Shown here piece by piece: positions 47,210 through 57,008 of a DNA stretch of 64,000 nucleotides. Origin of the DNA: Candidatus Spongiisociaceae bacterium (GTDB taxonomy: Bacteria; Actinomycetota; Acidimicrobiia; Spongiisociales; Spongiisociaceae); assembly GCA_965219685.1 (NCBI GenBank), contig CBDCOH010000002.1, positions 3,872,001 to 3,936,000 on the forward strand. The letters run 5' to 3'. Position 1 is the first letter of the stretch. Each line of letters opens with the position of its first letter. Both the position numbers and the translations under genes were made by a program. The notes beneath the pieces were generated by a model. That model had not been told where the DNA came from. It was given only the letters and a program-made list of their open reading frames with translations, and did no database searches.

Positions 47210-48201
47210 GGCGACCCTTCCTGGAGATGCTGCGGGATCGTGACGCGGTCTCGCCACGTCACGAACGGGCAGGCAGTGACATGTTCGGGTCCCACCTCCT
47301 GCAGCGACATCGGGACCGAATCGCATCCATTCCTGACGAATCCGCACCTGGGGCTGAACGGGCATCCGGGCGCGAGATTGGAGAGTTCCGGCGGCTGTCC
47401 GCGTACCGGAACCATCTCCGAGCGGTTGGATGGATCGAGATGGGGGATGGATGCCAGCAACGCCTGCGTGTACGGGTGGCTCGGATGATCGAATATCTCC
47501 TGCACCGGCGCCTGCTCCACGATGTAACCGGCGTACATGACGGCCACGTGGTCGCAGTGCTGGGCGATGACCCCGAAGTCGTGGGAGACGAGGATCATCG
47601 CCATCCCGGTGTCCTGCTGGAGTTCGGTGAGCAGAGTCATGATCTGGGCCTGGACCGTCACGTCGAGAGCCGCCGTCGGTTCGTCGGCGATCAGGAGCAT
47701 CGGCTCGGCGGCGATCGCGCTGGCGATCATCGCCCGCTGTCGCATCCCCCCGCTCATCTCGTGGGGGTAGGAGTGGAACTGCGTCTCGGGGGAGGCGATG
47801 CCGACCCGGTCGAGCAGTTCGATCGCCCGCCGCGTCGCCTGCCGGGTGCCCATCCGGCGCTTGACTCTGAGTACCTCGACGATCTGGTTCCCCACCTTGT
47901 ACACGGGGTTGAGTGAGGCGGTCGGATCCTGGAACACCATTCCGATCTCGCCCCCGCGCACCTTCCGGAGTTCGGAGCGGGACAGCCCGATTAGATTCCG
48001 GCCGTTGAACACCACCCGTCCATCGATGACCTCGCCCGGCTTCGGGACCAGTCCGATGATGGAACGGCACGTCATGCTCTTCCCCGATCCCGACTCGCCG
48101 ACCAGCGCCAGGGTGGCGCCCCTCTCCAGAGTGAAGCTCACCCCGTTGGTGGCGAGCAGCAGCCCTTCCAGGGTCGGGAAGCCCGTATGGAGATCCTCCA
48201 C
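47206..48201 (-). CDS. Oligopeptide/dipeptide ABC ATP-binding protein (OppD-like); start approximate
   Basis: GESGSGKS, MSGGMRQR, ADEPT, HPYT, GCPFSPRC. Confidence 0.9.
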   Translation of the reverse strand: MEDLHTGFPTLEGLLLATNGVSFTLERGATLALVGESGSGKSMTCRSIIGLVPKPGEVIDGRVVFNGRNLIGLSRSELRKVRGGEIGMVFQDPTASLNPVYKVGNQIVEVLRVKRRMGTRQATRRAIELLDRVGIASPETQFHSYPHEMSGGMRQRAMIASAIAAEPMLLIADEPTAALDVTVQAQIMTLLTELQQDTGMAMILVSHDFGVIAQHCDHVAVMYAGYIVEQAPVQEIFDHPSHPYTQALLASIPHLDPSNRSEMVPVRGQPPELSNLAPGCPFSPRCGFVRNGCDSVPMSLQEVGPEHVTACPFVTWRDRVTIPQHLQEGSP

Positions 48202-48221
48202 TCGGAGAAGCGGCGAGCCGC

Positions 48222-49124
48222 CTACACCGTCAATCGCAGCTCCTCTCCCAGCCGGTCGGCGAGGGCGTCGCCGAGCATGCTGAAGCCGACCCCGATCGTC
48301 ACCAGTACGAGACCGGACAGGGTTGTGATCCACCAACCGACCCGCAGGTGGGCCTGCCCGTCGGCGACGATGACGCCGAGTTCGGCGGTCGGGGCTTGGA
48401 CCCCGAGGCCCAGGTAGGAGACGCCCGCGATGAGCAGCAGGTTGAGGACTATGTCGGCCACCGAGAACACCAGCGGGGACCTGATGAGGTTCGGGACGGC
48501 GTGGCGGCCGAGTATCCGGGTGGTGGAGTAGCCGAGACCCTTGGCGGCCAGCATGTACTGCTGCTCGCGGATCACCAGCATCTCGCCCCGGGACAGCCGG
48601 GCGTAGAGAGCCCACCCGACCGCCAGGACGCCGATGAAGATGCCGACCAGCCCGGGTCCGGTGATGGCGACCACCGCGATCACCACGACCAGGAAGGGGA
48701 AGGCCATGACGATGTCGACCGCCCGGTTGATCACCGTGTCCACCCAGCCCCCGAAGTATCCGGCCAGCATTCCGAGGGTGACGCCCACCAGCAGCGGCAC
48801 GTAGGTGATCACGAGCACGATGGCCATGTCCAGGCGTATCCCGTACAGGACCCGGGAGAACACGTCGCGCCCGAGTTCGTCGGTGCCGAAGAAGTGGTCG
48901 CCTGACGGGGGCTGCAGCGTTGCCATCAGGTCGAGTTCGTTGGGCGGGTAGGGAGCGATCCATGGCGCCAGCAGCCCGGCGAGGACCACCAGCACCACGA
49001 TCGATCCGCCGATGTAGAGCGCGACGTTCGACCATCGCCGATCGGACAGGGCCCGCCTTCGCAGCCGCCGGGTCGCCACCAGCAGCCGCTCCTGGCGCGG
49101 AGGGACCTCGCGGGCGATGGTCAT
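48222..49124 (-). CDS. Peptide/nickel ABC permease (OppC/DppC-like)
   Basis: FGTDELGRD, AAKGLG, LGLG, LGDAL. Confidence 0.92.
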   Translation of the reverse strand: MTIAREVPPRQERLLVATRRLRRRALSDRRWSNVALYIGGSIVVLVVLAGLLAPWIAPYPPNELDLMATLQPPSGDHFFGTDELGRDVFSRVLYGIRLDMAIVLVITYVPLLVGVTLGMLAGYFGGWVDTVINRAVDIVMAFPFLVVVIAVVAITGPGLVGIFIGVLAVGWALYARLSRGEMLVIREQQYMLAAKGLGYSTTRILGRHAVPNLIRSPLVFSVADIVLNLLLIAGVSYLGLGVQAPTAELGVIVADGQAHLRVGWWITTLSGLVLVTIGVGFSMLGDALADRLGEELRLTV

Positions 49125-50065
49125 CCGTCCACCAGCCTCACCCGGGGGTCTATGGCCGCGTAGGTCAGGTCGGCAGCCAGGTTGATCACGATCACGGTGA
49201 GCCCGAAGAACAGGACCAGGGCCTGGATCACCGGGTAATCGCGCTCGAGCACTCCCTCGACGATCAGCGAGCCGAGTCCGGGGATGGCGAAGACGTTCTC
49301 GACTATCACCGATCCGCTGATCATGAAGCCGATGATCAACGACAGCACGGTGACCGTGGCGATCAGTGAGTTCCGCATGACGTGCTTTCCGATCACCCTG
49401 GACTCGCGATATCCCCTGGCACGGGCGGCCTCGACGTACTCCTGGTCCAGAACCTCGATGATGCTCGATCGCAGGGTCCGGGCGAGGATCGGCGCCAGGA
49501 ACAGCCCGATGGTGGCCGCCGGCAACGTGAGGCTGCGCAGGATGGTGAGGACGTTCGTCTTGTCGTAGCCCGCCACCGGCAGCCAGCCCAGCCTGATGGC
49601 GAAGAACAGCGCCAGCAGCAGGCCCAGCCAGAACGACGGCATGGCGAAGGTGATCATGCTGCCCAGCCGCATGAGGTGGTCCTGCCAGCGGTTCCGCTTC
49701 ACCGCGGAGAGGACCGCCAGGGGAACCGCAACCACCGCCGCGATCACCGCGCTGTACAACAGCAGCGAGAAGCTGATCACGGCACGGGTGGCGATCACAT
49801 CGCGAACCGGCTCCTTCTTGATGATCGACTCCCCGAAGTCGCCGACCACCGCACCCCTCAGGAACCCGATGAACTGCTCGGGTACGGAACGGTCGAGGCC
49901 CAGATCACGACGCAGGATCGCCAGGCTCTCCGGCGTGGCGTTGTAACCCAGCATGTTCAGTGCAGGGTCTCCCGGCACCAGCACGATGATCACGAACGCG
50001 CCGACGATGACCGCCGCCACCACCGGGATGCTGTGCAGGAGGCGGCGACCCAGGTAACGGAGCAC
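49121..50065 (-). CDS. Peptide/nickel ABC permease (OppB/DppB-like)
   Basis: PGDPA, PSFWLG, AARARG, ENVFAIPGLG, RDYPVIQ, DPR. Confidence 0.92.
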   Translation of the reverse strand: MLRYLGRRLLHSIPVVAAVIVGAFVIIVLVPGDPALNMLGYNATPESLAILRRDLGLDRSVPEQFIGFLRGAVVGDFGESIIKKEPVRDVIATRAVISFSLLLYSAVIAAVVAVPLAVLSAVKRNRWQDHLMRLGSMITFAMPSFWLGLLLALFFAIRLGWLPVAGYDKTNVLTILRSLTLPAATIGLFLAPILARTLRSSIIEVLDQEYVEAARARGYRESRVIGKHVMRNSLIATVTVLSLIIGFMISGSVIVENVFAIPGLGSLIVEGVLERDYPVIQALVLFFGLTVIVINLAADLTYAAIDPRVRLVDG

Positions 50066-50109
50066 GTTTCCGGGTCAGCCGCCTCGGTGCAGCGTTATCG
50101 GGCTGCTCG

Positions 50110-51786
50110 TTACTGCTCGATCCACGTGTTCTCGAAGTGGTACACGCCGAGGGCGTCCTGGTCGACGTCGTGCACGCCGTCGCGCACCCCCGTCGCCAGC
50201 GGCAGCCACAGGATGTTCAGCCAGGGCATGTCAGCGACCCACTCGGCCTGGATCTGGGGCCAGAGCTCCTGGCGCCTCTCCTCGGTGGCCGCCACCGCTT
50301 CCTCCACCTTCGCCCAGAGCGACTCGTTGCCCCATGCGCTGAAGAAGCCGTCCAGCCCTCCCTCGGTGGGATCGGTCATCAGCAGGGCGAACTCGTCCGG
50401 AACCAGCACGTCCGATGTCCACTTCAGGAACGGCATCGTGATCTCGTAGCCGTAGCTGAACAGGTTGTCGGCCAGCGTGCTCTCGTCTAGTTCCACCAGT
50501 TGCAGGTCCACGCCGATCTCGGCCCACTGCGCCTGCAGGACGGTGGCCAGGGACTTGTGCTGCCCCGATCCGGCCGGGAACTGGAACGTGATGCTGAACC
50601 CGTCGGGAACCGACGACGAGGCGATCAGTTCCTTCGCCTTGTCCAGGTTGAACTCGAACGGGGGCACCTCGCTGGTCGGCGCGTTGTACTTGAGCGGCGG
50701 GATGAGGTGGTTTGGAATGGTGCCGACCCCTCCGAACACGGCGGCGTTGATCGCAGCCCTGTCGGTGGCGTAGCTCAACGCCTGGCGAACAGCCAGTTCG
50801 TCGAGCGGAGGGGCGCCGTTGTTGATCCAGACCGGCTCCTGGCGGGTGACCTCCCGTACCAGCACCGTGACGCCGTCCATGTCTCCGACCGCGTCGATCT
50901 GGGTGAACGGAACGCTCTCCATGACATGGGCCTCGCCCGAGTCGAGCTTCAACGCCCTCGTGTTGTCGTCCACGATGAAGTCGTAGCGCAGTTCGTCGAG
51001 GTAGGGCTTGCCCTCCTCCCAGTAGTAGGGGTTGGGCTCGAAGCTGATGCTCGTACCGCGGATCCACTCCTTGAGCTTGAACGGCCCGCTGCCGACGGGG
51101 TCCTCCCAGAAGGCGTCGCCCTGGGCCTCCAGCACCGCCTTCGGCACGATGTAGGCCGGGAAGATGCTGATGTTCTCCAGGAACGCGGCGATCGGCTGGT
51201 CGAGGTGGATGATGAAGTTACGGTCGTCGATGATCTCCGTGCCCGTGTAGCCGAGAGCGAGGAACGGGAGGATCGTGTTGATCTCGGGATTGGCGAACCG
51301 GTCGAGCGAGTACGCGACGTCCTCGGACGTGACCGGATCGCCGTTGCTGAACATGGCGTTATCCCGGAGGGTGAAGCTCCAGTCGAGCCCGTCGTCGCTG
51401 ACCTCCCACGATTCGGCGAGAGCCGGGATGATCGAGGTGCCTCCCTTGGGATCCGCGTAGACGAGGGTGTCGAAGATCAACTCGTGAGCGTAGATCTGAC
51501 CGTTGTCGGACAGCTCGAACGGGTTGAGCGTGTTGGTCTCGAGCTGGCGGGCGAAGACCAGCGTACCGCCGCGCTGCGGACCGGCCATGGCGGCTTCGGT
51601 CGTCTCCGGTGCCGCCGCCTCGGTTGTCTCCGGCGCTGCCGCGGCGGCAGTCGTTGCGGGCGCCTGGGTTGTCGCGGGCGCCTGAGTCGTCGCCGGGGCC
51701 TCGTCTTCGTCGGTTCCGCACGCCGCTGCCACCAGCCCTACAGCCAGCAGGCACGCAATCATACGGTAAACGGGTCGCAGTCTCAT
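50110..51786 (-). CDS. ABC transporter substrate-binding lipoprotein, family 5 (OppA/DppA-like)
   Basis: Lipobox AAAC, T/A linker, LAESWEVS.DG..W.F.LR, PVGSGPF, VRQAL. Confidence 0.92.
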   Translation of the reverse strand: MRLRPVYRMIACLLAVGLVAAACGTDEDEAPATTQAPATTQAPATTAAAAAPETTEAAAPETTEAAMAGPQRGGTLVFARQLETNTLNPFELSDNGQIYAHELIFDTLVYADPKGGTSIIPALAESWEVSDDGLDWSFTLRDNAMFSNGDPVTSEDVAYSLDRFANPEINTILPFLALGYTGTEIIDDRNFIIHLDQPIAAFLENISIFPAYIVPKAVLEAQGDAFWEDPVGSGPFKLKEWIRGTSISFEPNPYYWEEGKPYLDELRYDFIVDDNTRALKLDSGEAHVMESVPFTQIDAVGDMDGVTVLVREVTRQEPVWINNGAPPLDELAVRQALSYATDRAAINAAVFGGVGTIPNHLIPPLKYNAPTSEVPPFEFNLDKAKELIASSSVPDGFSITFQFPAGSGQHKSLATVLQAQWAEIGVDLQLVELDESTLADNLFSYGYEITMPFLKWTSDVLVPDEFALLMTDPTEGGLDGFFSAWGNESLWAKVEEAVAATEERRQELWPQIQAEWVADMPWLNILWLPLATGVRDGVHDVDQDALGVYHFENTWIEQ

Positions 51787-52155
51787 CGAGCCTCCCTCGC
51801 CTCATGAGCTTGGTCCAGCCCGCGGGACCGCAAGCAGGAGCGCCGGCGACCGGACCCTGTGGTCTGTTGGCTGAACTTTGCTGATTGAGGCTAGACGAAC
51901 GGGTGTCCACGCGTCGGACTGAGCACGGTCGGCCAAGGGGCCACCGATCGTTGGGATCACGTTCACGGACATGGTGAGCGGGTCGGGCTCTGTCGTCGAC
52001 AACCCTCGGGGCCAGATGGCTTGGTCGGTGCGGCGTCGGCGATGCAGGTGTTCTCCACGGTTGGCCTCAGCGGCACCGGCGAGTGGGCGGCCACCCCTTA
52101 CCATCCGTGGTTGGCGTTCAGCTTTGACATCGCCGAGTTCGGCCCGTGAGAGTGG

Positions 52156-53259
52156 GTGTCGTTCGGTAGGGCCCAGGCAGGCTGTGCCCAGTTGACCGGC
52201 ACGCCCCTGCATCCCGGCATCGCCGAACAACTCCACAGGGCCTATTTGAGCAAGGGCGCCCACGCCACAACGGCTATAGAGGGCAACACTCTCACGGAAG
52301 AAGAGGTATCGAGGATGCTGGATACTCCACTCGACCTGCCTCCCTCGCGCCGTTACCTTGAACAGGAGGTGCGGAACGTGCTCGACGCCTTCCGGAGCAT
52401 CGATGAGGGAATACGAACCACCGGGGATCTCACGCTGACCCCGGCGATGATGCGCGGATACAACGAACTCGTGCTTCGTGATATCGGGTCGGCCAGCGAG
52501 ATCCGGCCCGGCCGCGTCCGCGCATCTGAGATCCTGGTCGGCCGGTACCGTGGACCTCGGGCCGAAGACTGCCACCACCTCTTGGAGCGGCTGTGTGACT
52601 GGCTACTCTGCCCCGACTTCGAGATCAAGGGGGAGGATCCACTCGCATTCGCTCGCGTTCTGACCCGGGCGCTGCTGGCCCATCTCTACATCGCATGGAT
52701 CCACCCCTTCGGGAACGGAAACGGCCGTACAGCGAGGCTCGTCGAGTATCACCTGCTCGCCGCCTCGGGGCTGGTGCCTGTTCCGGCCGCTCACCTGCTG
52801 TCCAACCACTACAACCAGACCCGCAGCCGCTACTACCGCGTACTCGACTGGTCGAGCCGGACAAGGCCCTGGTCGCCGGTCGAGTTCATCGGTTACGCAT
52901 TGGGTGGCTTCGTGGATGGCCTCGAAGAACAGTTGGCCTGGATCAAGGCTCGACACTATTGGCTGGCCTGGCGGAGCTACGTTGACGAGGTGATGCGTCC
53001 CTACGGTACGGCGGCCGGCCGCCGCCAGCGGGAGTTGGTGCTCGCCCTGGGAGCCTCCGGGGCTACACAGCGGTCCGAGATCAGGATTCTCACGCCGTAT
53101 CTAGCAGAAGCCTACGCGGGAAAGACCTCCAAGACGGTGACACGCGACGTGAACCGGCCTGTCGCTCTGGGCCTTGTCGAACGCACTCGCAAGGGGATCC
53201 GTCCCCTGGTTGAGAAGATGGAAGCCTTCTCGGCAGTTACGAGCCTCCCGGACTCGTAA
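52156..53259 (+). CDS. Fic family protein (possible pseudogene: in-frame TGA at 52147 cuts off an N-terminal part starting at ATG 52042)
   Basis: TTAIEGNTL, Fic motif HPFGNGNGRTAR, YY; upstream in-frame HPWLAFSFD segment. Confidence 0.85.
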   Translation: MSFGRAQAGCAQLTGTPLHPGIAEQLHRAYLSKGAHATTAIEGNTLTEEEVSRMLDTPLDLPPSRRYLEQEVRNVLDAFRSIDEGIRTTGDLTLTPAMMRGYNELVLRDIGSASEIRPGRVRASEILVGRYRGPRAEDCHHLLERLCDWLLCPDFEIKGEDPLAFARVLTRALLAHLYIAWIHPFGNGNGRTARLVEYHLLAASGLVPVPAAHLLSNHYNQTRSRYYRVLDWSSRTRPWSPVEFIGYALGGFVDGLEEQLAWIKARHYWLAWRSYVDEVMRPYGTAAGRRQRELVLALGASGATQRSEIRILTPYLAEAYAGKTSKTVTRDVNRPVALGLVERTRKGIRPLVEKMEAFSAVTSLPDS

Positions 53260-53267
53260 CTGCTTTG

Positions 53268-54284
53268 CTACTGCTCGAGCACCTCACTGACGGCCGCCGT
53301 GACGCGTGCGGCGTCCGGGATGTAGGCGTTCTCCAGGGGCGGGCTGAGCGGTACCGGGGAGTGGGGGGAGGTCACCCTTCTCACCGGGGCGGCCAGCGCG
53401 TCGAATGCGTGCTCGGAGACCATGGCGGCGATGTCTGCGGCGATGCTGCACCGGGGCGGGCTCTCGTCAACGACCACCAGCCGTCGGGTCTTGCGGACCG
53501 ATCCGAGGATGGTTTCCGAATCGAGCGGCGAGAGGGTTCGGGGGTCGATGACTTCCGCCTCGACGCCGTCCGACGCCAGGGCGTCGGCCACCTCGAGCGC
53601 CAGCTTCGCCATGAACGAGATCCCGACGATTGTCACATCGGTTCCCGGACGGGTGACCGAGGCGGAGCCGAGGGGGACGGCGTAGGGATCCTCCGGTACC
53701 TCCTGGCGGGTGTTGTAGAGGCGCATATGCTCGAAGAACAGCACCGGGTCGTCATCGGCGATCGACTCCAGCAGCAGGCCCTTGGCGTCGTACGGCGTGG
53801 TCGGGACCACCACCTTGATCCCGGGCAGGTGCGTGTAGACGGAGTACAGGGTGTCGGAGTGCTGCCCGGCCGCTCCCAGCCCGGCGCCGATGGCCATGCG
53901 AAGCACCAGGGGGACGCTCGCCTGGCCGCCGAACATGTAGCGCAGCTTGGCGGCCTGGTTGTGGATCTGGTCGAAGGCCAGCGGCGTGAAGCTGGACCAC
54001 ATCATGTCGACGACCGGCCGGATCCCCGACGCCGCCGCGCCGACCGCGATCCCGACGATGCCGGCCTCGGAGATGGGGGTGTCCCGGACCCGGGTGGGGC
54101 CGAACTTGTGGAAGAGACCCTTGGTGGCGCCGAAGGTGCCTCCCATCGCTCCCTCGTAGGGTGCTCCGAGTCCTGCTCCACCGACCACGTCCTCGCCGTA
54201 GACGACCACGGTCTCGTCGGCCTCCATCGCCTGGTACATGGCCTCGCCGACCGCGTGGATCATGGTGATCGGTCTTCTAGCCAC
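53268..54284 (-). CDS. TPP-dependent 2-oxoacid/acetoin dehydrogenase E1 beta subunit
   Basis: GEDV, RVRDTPISEA, QAAKLRYMFGG, GQHS, DAKGLL, DPRTLSPLD. Confidence 0.92.
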   Translation of the reverse strand: MARRPITMIHAVGEAMYQAMEADETVVVYGEDVVGGAGLGAPYEGAMGGTFGATKGLFHKFGPTRVRDTPISEAGIVGIAVGAAASGIRPVVDMMWSSFTPLAFDQIHNQAAKLRYMFGGQASVPLVLRMAIGAGLGAAGQHSDTLYSVYTHLPGIKVVVPTTPYDAKGLLLESIADDDPVLFFEHMRLYNTRQEVPEDPYAVPLGSASVTRPGTDVTIVGISFMAKLALEVADALASDGVEAEVIDPRTLSPLDSETILGSVRKTRRLVVVDESPPRCSIAADIAAMVSEHAFDALAAPVRRVTSPHSPVPLSPPLENAYIPDAARVTAAVSEVLEQ

Positions 54285-55251
54285 CGTAGGCTCCGGTGTA
54301 GACGTAGTCCGCCACGCCGGCGGCGGCCGGCCACGGATCGGCCTTGGCCGCCGCCACGCCCCGGTCGAGTTCCTCGACGATCCCTGCTCGGATCCTCCCG
54401 ACTTCTGCCTCGTCGAGCAGCCCGGCCGCAGCGAGTTCCGACCGGAATCGGTCGAGCGGGTCCCTCCTCCTGGCCGCGGCGAGATCGTCCTCGTCGCGGT
54501 ACTTCTGGGTGTCCCCCACGTAGTGAGCCGAAATCCGGGGGATCTTCGCTTCGATGAAGGACGGACCCTCACCGCGCCGGGCCCGCTCGACCGCCTCCCC
54601 GGCTTCCCGGTGGACGGCGAAGACATCCGCGCCGTCGACGATGTGCGCCGGGATCCCGAACCCGTCCGCCCGGCGGCTCAGATCTGCGACGCTCTGGGAG
54701 TAGGAGACCGGCGTGGACTCCGCCCAGCCGTTGTTCTCGCACACGTATATGACCGGCAGCTTCCAGATGGAGGCCAGGTTCATCGACTCGTAGAGGATGC
54801 CCTGCCCGGATCCCCCGTCCCCGAAGAAGCTGACCGAGACGTTCGAGGTGCCCTTGACCTGCTGGGCGAACGCCCCTCCGGTGGCTAGGCCGATGCTCCC
54901 GCCGACGATGGCGTTGGCCCCCAGCATCCCGATCTCGAAGTCGGCGATGTGCATCGATCCGCCCCGGCCCCTGCAAAGGCCGGTCTCCCGCCCGTACAGT
55001 TCCGCCAGCATGCCGGCGATGGAGCATCCCTTGGCGAGGCTGTGCCCGTGGCCTCGATGGGTGCTGGCGATCAGGTCGCGGTCCGTCAGGTGGGCGCACA
55101 CCCCGGCGGCCACCGCTTCGGCGCCGATGTAGGTGTGGACGAAGCCGGGCATGTCCCCCCGCTGGTACTCGAGGGTGACCCGCTCCTCGAAGAGGCGGAT
55201 CCGCGTCATCGTCTCGAACATCTGGACCAGGGTCCGGTCCGGGATCGTCAT
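54277..55251 (-). CDS. TPP-dependent 2-oxoacid/acetoin dehydrogenase E1 alpha subunit
   Basis: STHRGHGH, GRGGSMH, FFGDG...CENN TPP motif, H.VGD...YR. Confidence 0.92.
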   Translation of the reverse strand: MTIPDRTLVQMFETMTRIRLFEERVTLEYQRGDMPGFVHTYIGAEAVAAGVCAHLTDRDLIASTHRGHGHSLAKGCSIAGMLAELYGRETGLCRGRGGSMHIADFEIGMLGANAIVGGSIGLATGGAFAQQVKGTSNVSVSFFGDGGSGQGILYESMNLASIWKLPVIYVCENNGWAESTPVSYSQSVADLSRRADGFGIPAHIVDGADVFAVHREAGEAVERARRGEGPSFIEAKIPRISAHYVGDTQKYRDEDDLAAARRRDPLDRFRSELAAAGLLDEAEVGRIRAGIVEELDRGVAAAKADPWPAAAGVADYVYTGAYGG

Positions 55252-55526
55252 GCGGGCGCTCCTCCCTCGAGCAGGCTCCGGTACTCGGCGTCGTCCTCCG
55301 CGATCCACCCGATCACCCTCCCGATCGGGTAGTCCTCCCCGACCGGGGCCCCATGATGCACGATCCCTGCGGCGCCCGCCTCGATCTCCATCTCCACCTT
55401 GTTGGTCTCCATCAGGAACAGTGGCTCGCCGGCCCGGACCGCACCGCCTTCGTCGACCAGCCAGTCGATCAGGTGGCAGTCGTCCATGTAGATGCCGGTC
55501 TTGGGAATGAAGACCTCGTGAGCCAT
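55248..55526 (-). CDS. Stand-alone lipoyl-domain protein
   Basis: W.V.EG..V..GEPL..METNKV.MEIEA lipoyl fold; 92 aa only. Confidence 0.85.
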   Translation of the reverse strand: MAHEVFIPKTGIYMDDCHLIDWLVDEGGAVRAGEPLFLMETNKVEMEIEAGAAGIVHHGAPVGEDYPIGRVIGWIAEDDAEYRSLLEGGAPA

Positions 55527-55605
55527 CAGCGGCCCGTCCGCGAGAGAGCGGCTTGCCGAACCGGGTACGCCATGTCGCTTAGCGTGCGGACCACGAGCAC
55601 TCTCC

Positions 55606-56550
55606 TCAGCCGGAGATCAGCACTTGCTTGCCGCCACCCGAGGCGACGGCCGCCCAAGCCGATGCGGCGTTGGAGAGCGGTGTGGTGACGACGGGGAGGG
55701 CCAGGTCTCCGGAGGTGGCCAGGTCCACCATCGTCAGGTATGCCGACACCACCTCGTCGCGTGGAATCCCGAAGTTGCTGTATCCCTTGATCGTTAGCTG
55801 CTTGCCGCGGACCAGCCCTGATGCGACCGTGGCGGTGTCTCCCGCCGCTTGCCCGATGTGGATCACCCGGGCTCCGAGCGCGGTGGCGGTGAGGGCAGCC
55901 TCCAGGGGTGCGCCCCACAGGGCATCGAACACCACGTGGGCCCCGCCCTCGCAGGCGGCCTGCATGCGGGCGGCCAGATCGTCGCCGTCCAGGGACACGA
56001 CCGCGTCGGCCATCCCTTCGAGGGCGGCCAGGCGTTCGGGGTTGCGTCCCGCCGCCACGACCCTTGCGGCTCCGGCGATCCGGGCCGCCTGGACCGCGAT
56101 GCTCCCCGCCGCCCCGGTCGCTCCCAGCACGAGCGCGGTTTCCCCCGGTTGCAGCTTGGCCGTCCAGGTGATCGGGAGCCAGCCGGCCAGCGCGGCGGTT
56201 CCCAGCGCCGCGGCGGTGGCCGCGTCCGCGTCGTCACCGATCTCGACCAAGGCGCTCTCGGGCGCGTTGAAACGCTCCGCGGATGTACCGTCCCGGACGA
56301 CTCCGATGCCGGCTCCCATCACGAAGACGCGGCGCCCATCGCCCTCCACCCGGCCGACCGCCTCGATGGCGGGGACGTAGGGCATCGGCGGATGTCCGGC
56401 GTAGAACCCGCCGGACGCGATGGCGAGGTCGACCGGATTCAGCGAGGCGGCCTCGAGGGCTACCGTCACCTCGCCCTCGGCCGGATCCGGAAGCTCGCGT
56501 TCCTCCACTACGGGGCTGGCGCCGGCTTCGGTGATAAGGGCGGCTCTCAT
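55606..56550 (-). CDS. Quinone oxidoreductase-like medium-chain reductase
   Basis: AASLNPVD, LGATGAAG; no Zn cysteines. Confidence 0.85.
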   Translation of the reverse strand: MRAALITEAGASPVVEERELPDPAEGEVTVALEAASLNPVDLAIASGGFYAGHPPMPYVPAIEAVGRVEGDGRRVFVMGAGIGVVRDGTSAERFNAPESALVEIGDDADAATAAALGTAALAGWLPITWTAKLQPGETALVLGATGAAGSIAVQAARIAGAARVVAAGRNPERLAALEGMADAVVSLDGDDLAARMQAACEGGAHVVFDALWGAPLEAALTATALGARVIHIGQAAGDTATVASGLVRGKQLTIKGYSNFGIPRDEVVSAYLTMVDLATSGDLALPVVTTPLSNAASAWAAVASGGGKQVLISG

Positions 56551-56891
56551 GATGTCGTTTCCTCCTTGGGCAGGTAGCGGTCGGCGTCGGCGAAGACGTC
56601 GATCCCACGGTAACCCCCGCGGATGCGGGTGATGTGCGTGACCCCGGCCGGGACCGTGTAGGTGTCACCCCGGCGGTAGGTGCGGGTCTCGCCTCCTATC
56701 GTCATCTCCATCTCCCCCTCCAGCACCACGCCCCACTGGGCGCCGTGTACGTGTTCCGGTACTTCGACGTCATGGTCGATCTCGTAGAACATGGGCATGC
56801 AGTACTCGTTGGGGACGATGTTGGCCCGCATGTCCACTGGGCTGTCCGGAACGGGCAGTGCCTTTATGAAGTCCGGGAACCCTTCGCTCAC
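56547..56891 (-). CDS. Cupin domain protein
   Basis: PEHVH.AQWGVVLEG, GD.YTVPAGVTH. Confidence 0.88.
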   Translation of the reverse strand: MSEGFPDFIKALPVPDSPVDMRANIVPNEYCMPMFYEIDHDVEVPEHVHGAQWGVVLEGEMEMTIGGETRTYRRGDTYTVPAGVTHITRIRGGYRGIDVFADADRYLPKEETTS

Positions 56892-57008
56892 TGGACCCTC
56901 CTATCTTTCATGGTCTCTCCTCGGGTTTCCGGACCCCGGGGGTCTGTCTCCGCGACGGCGCTGTGGTAAGCAGGGCACGGCGAGTCTCTTTGCAGGCAGA
57001 CCACTGGA

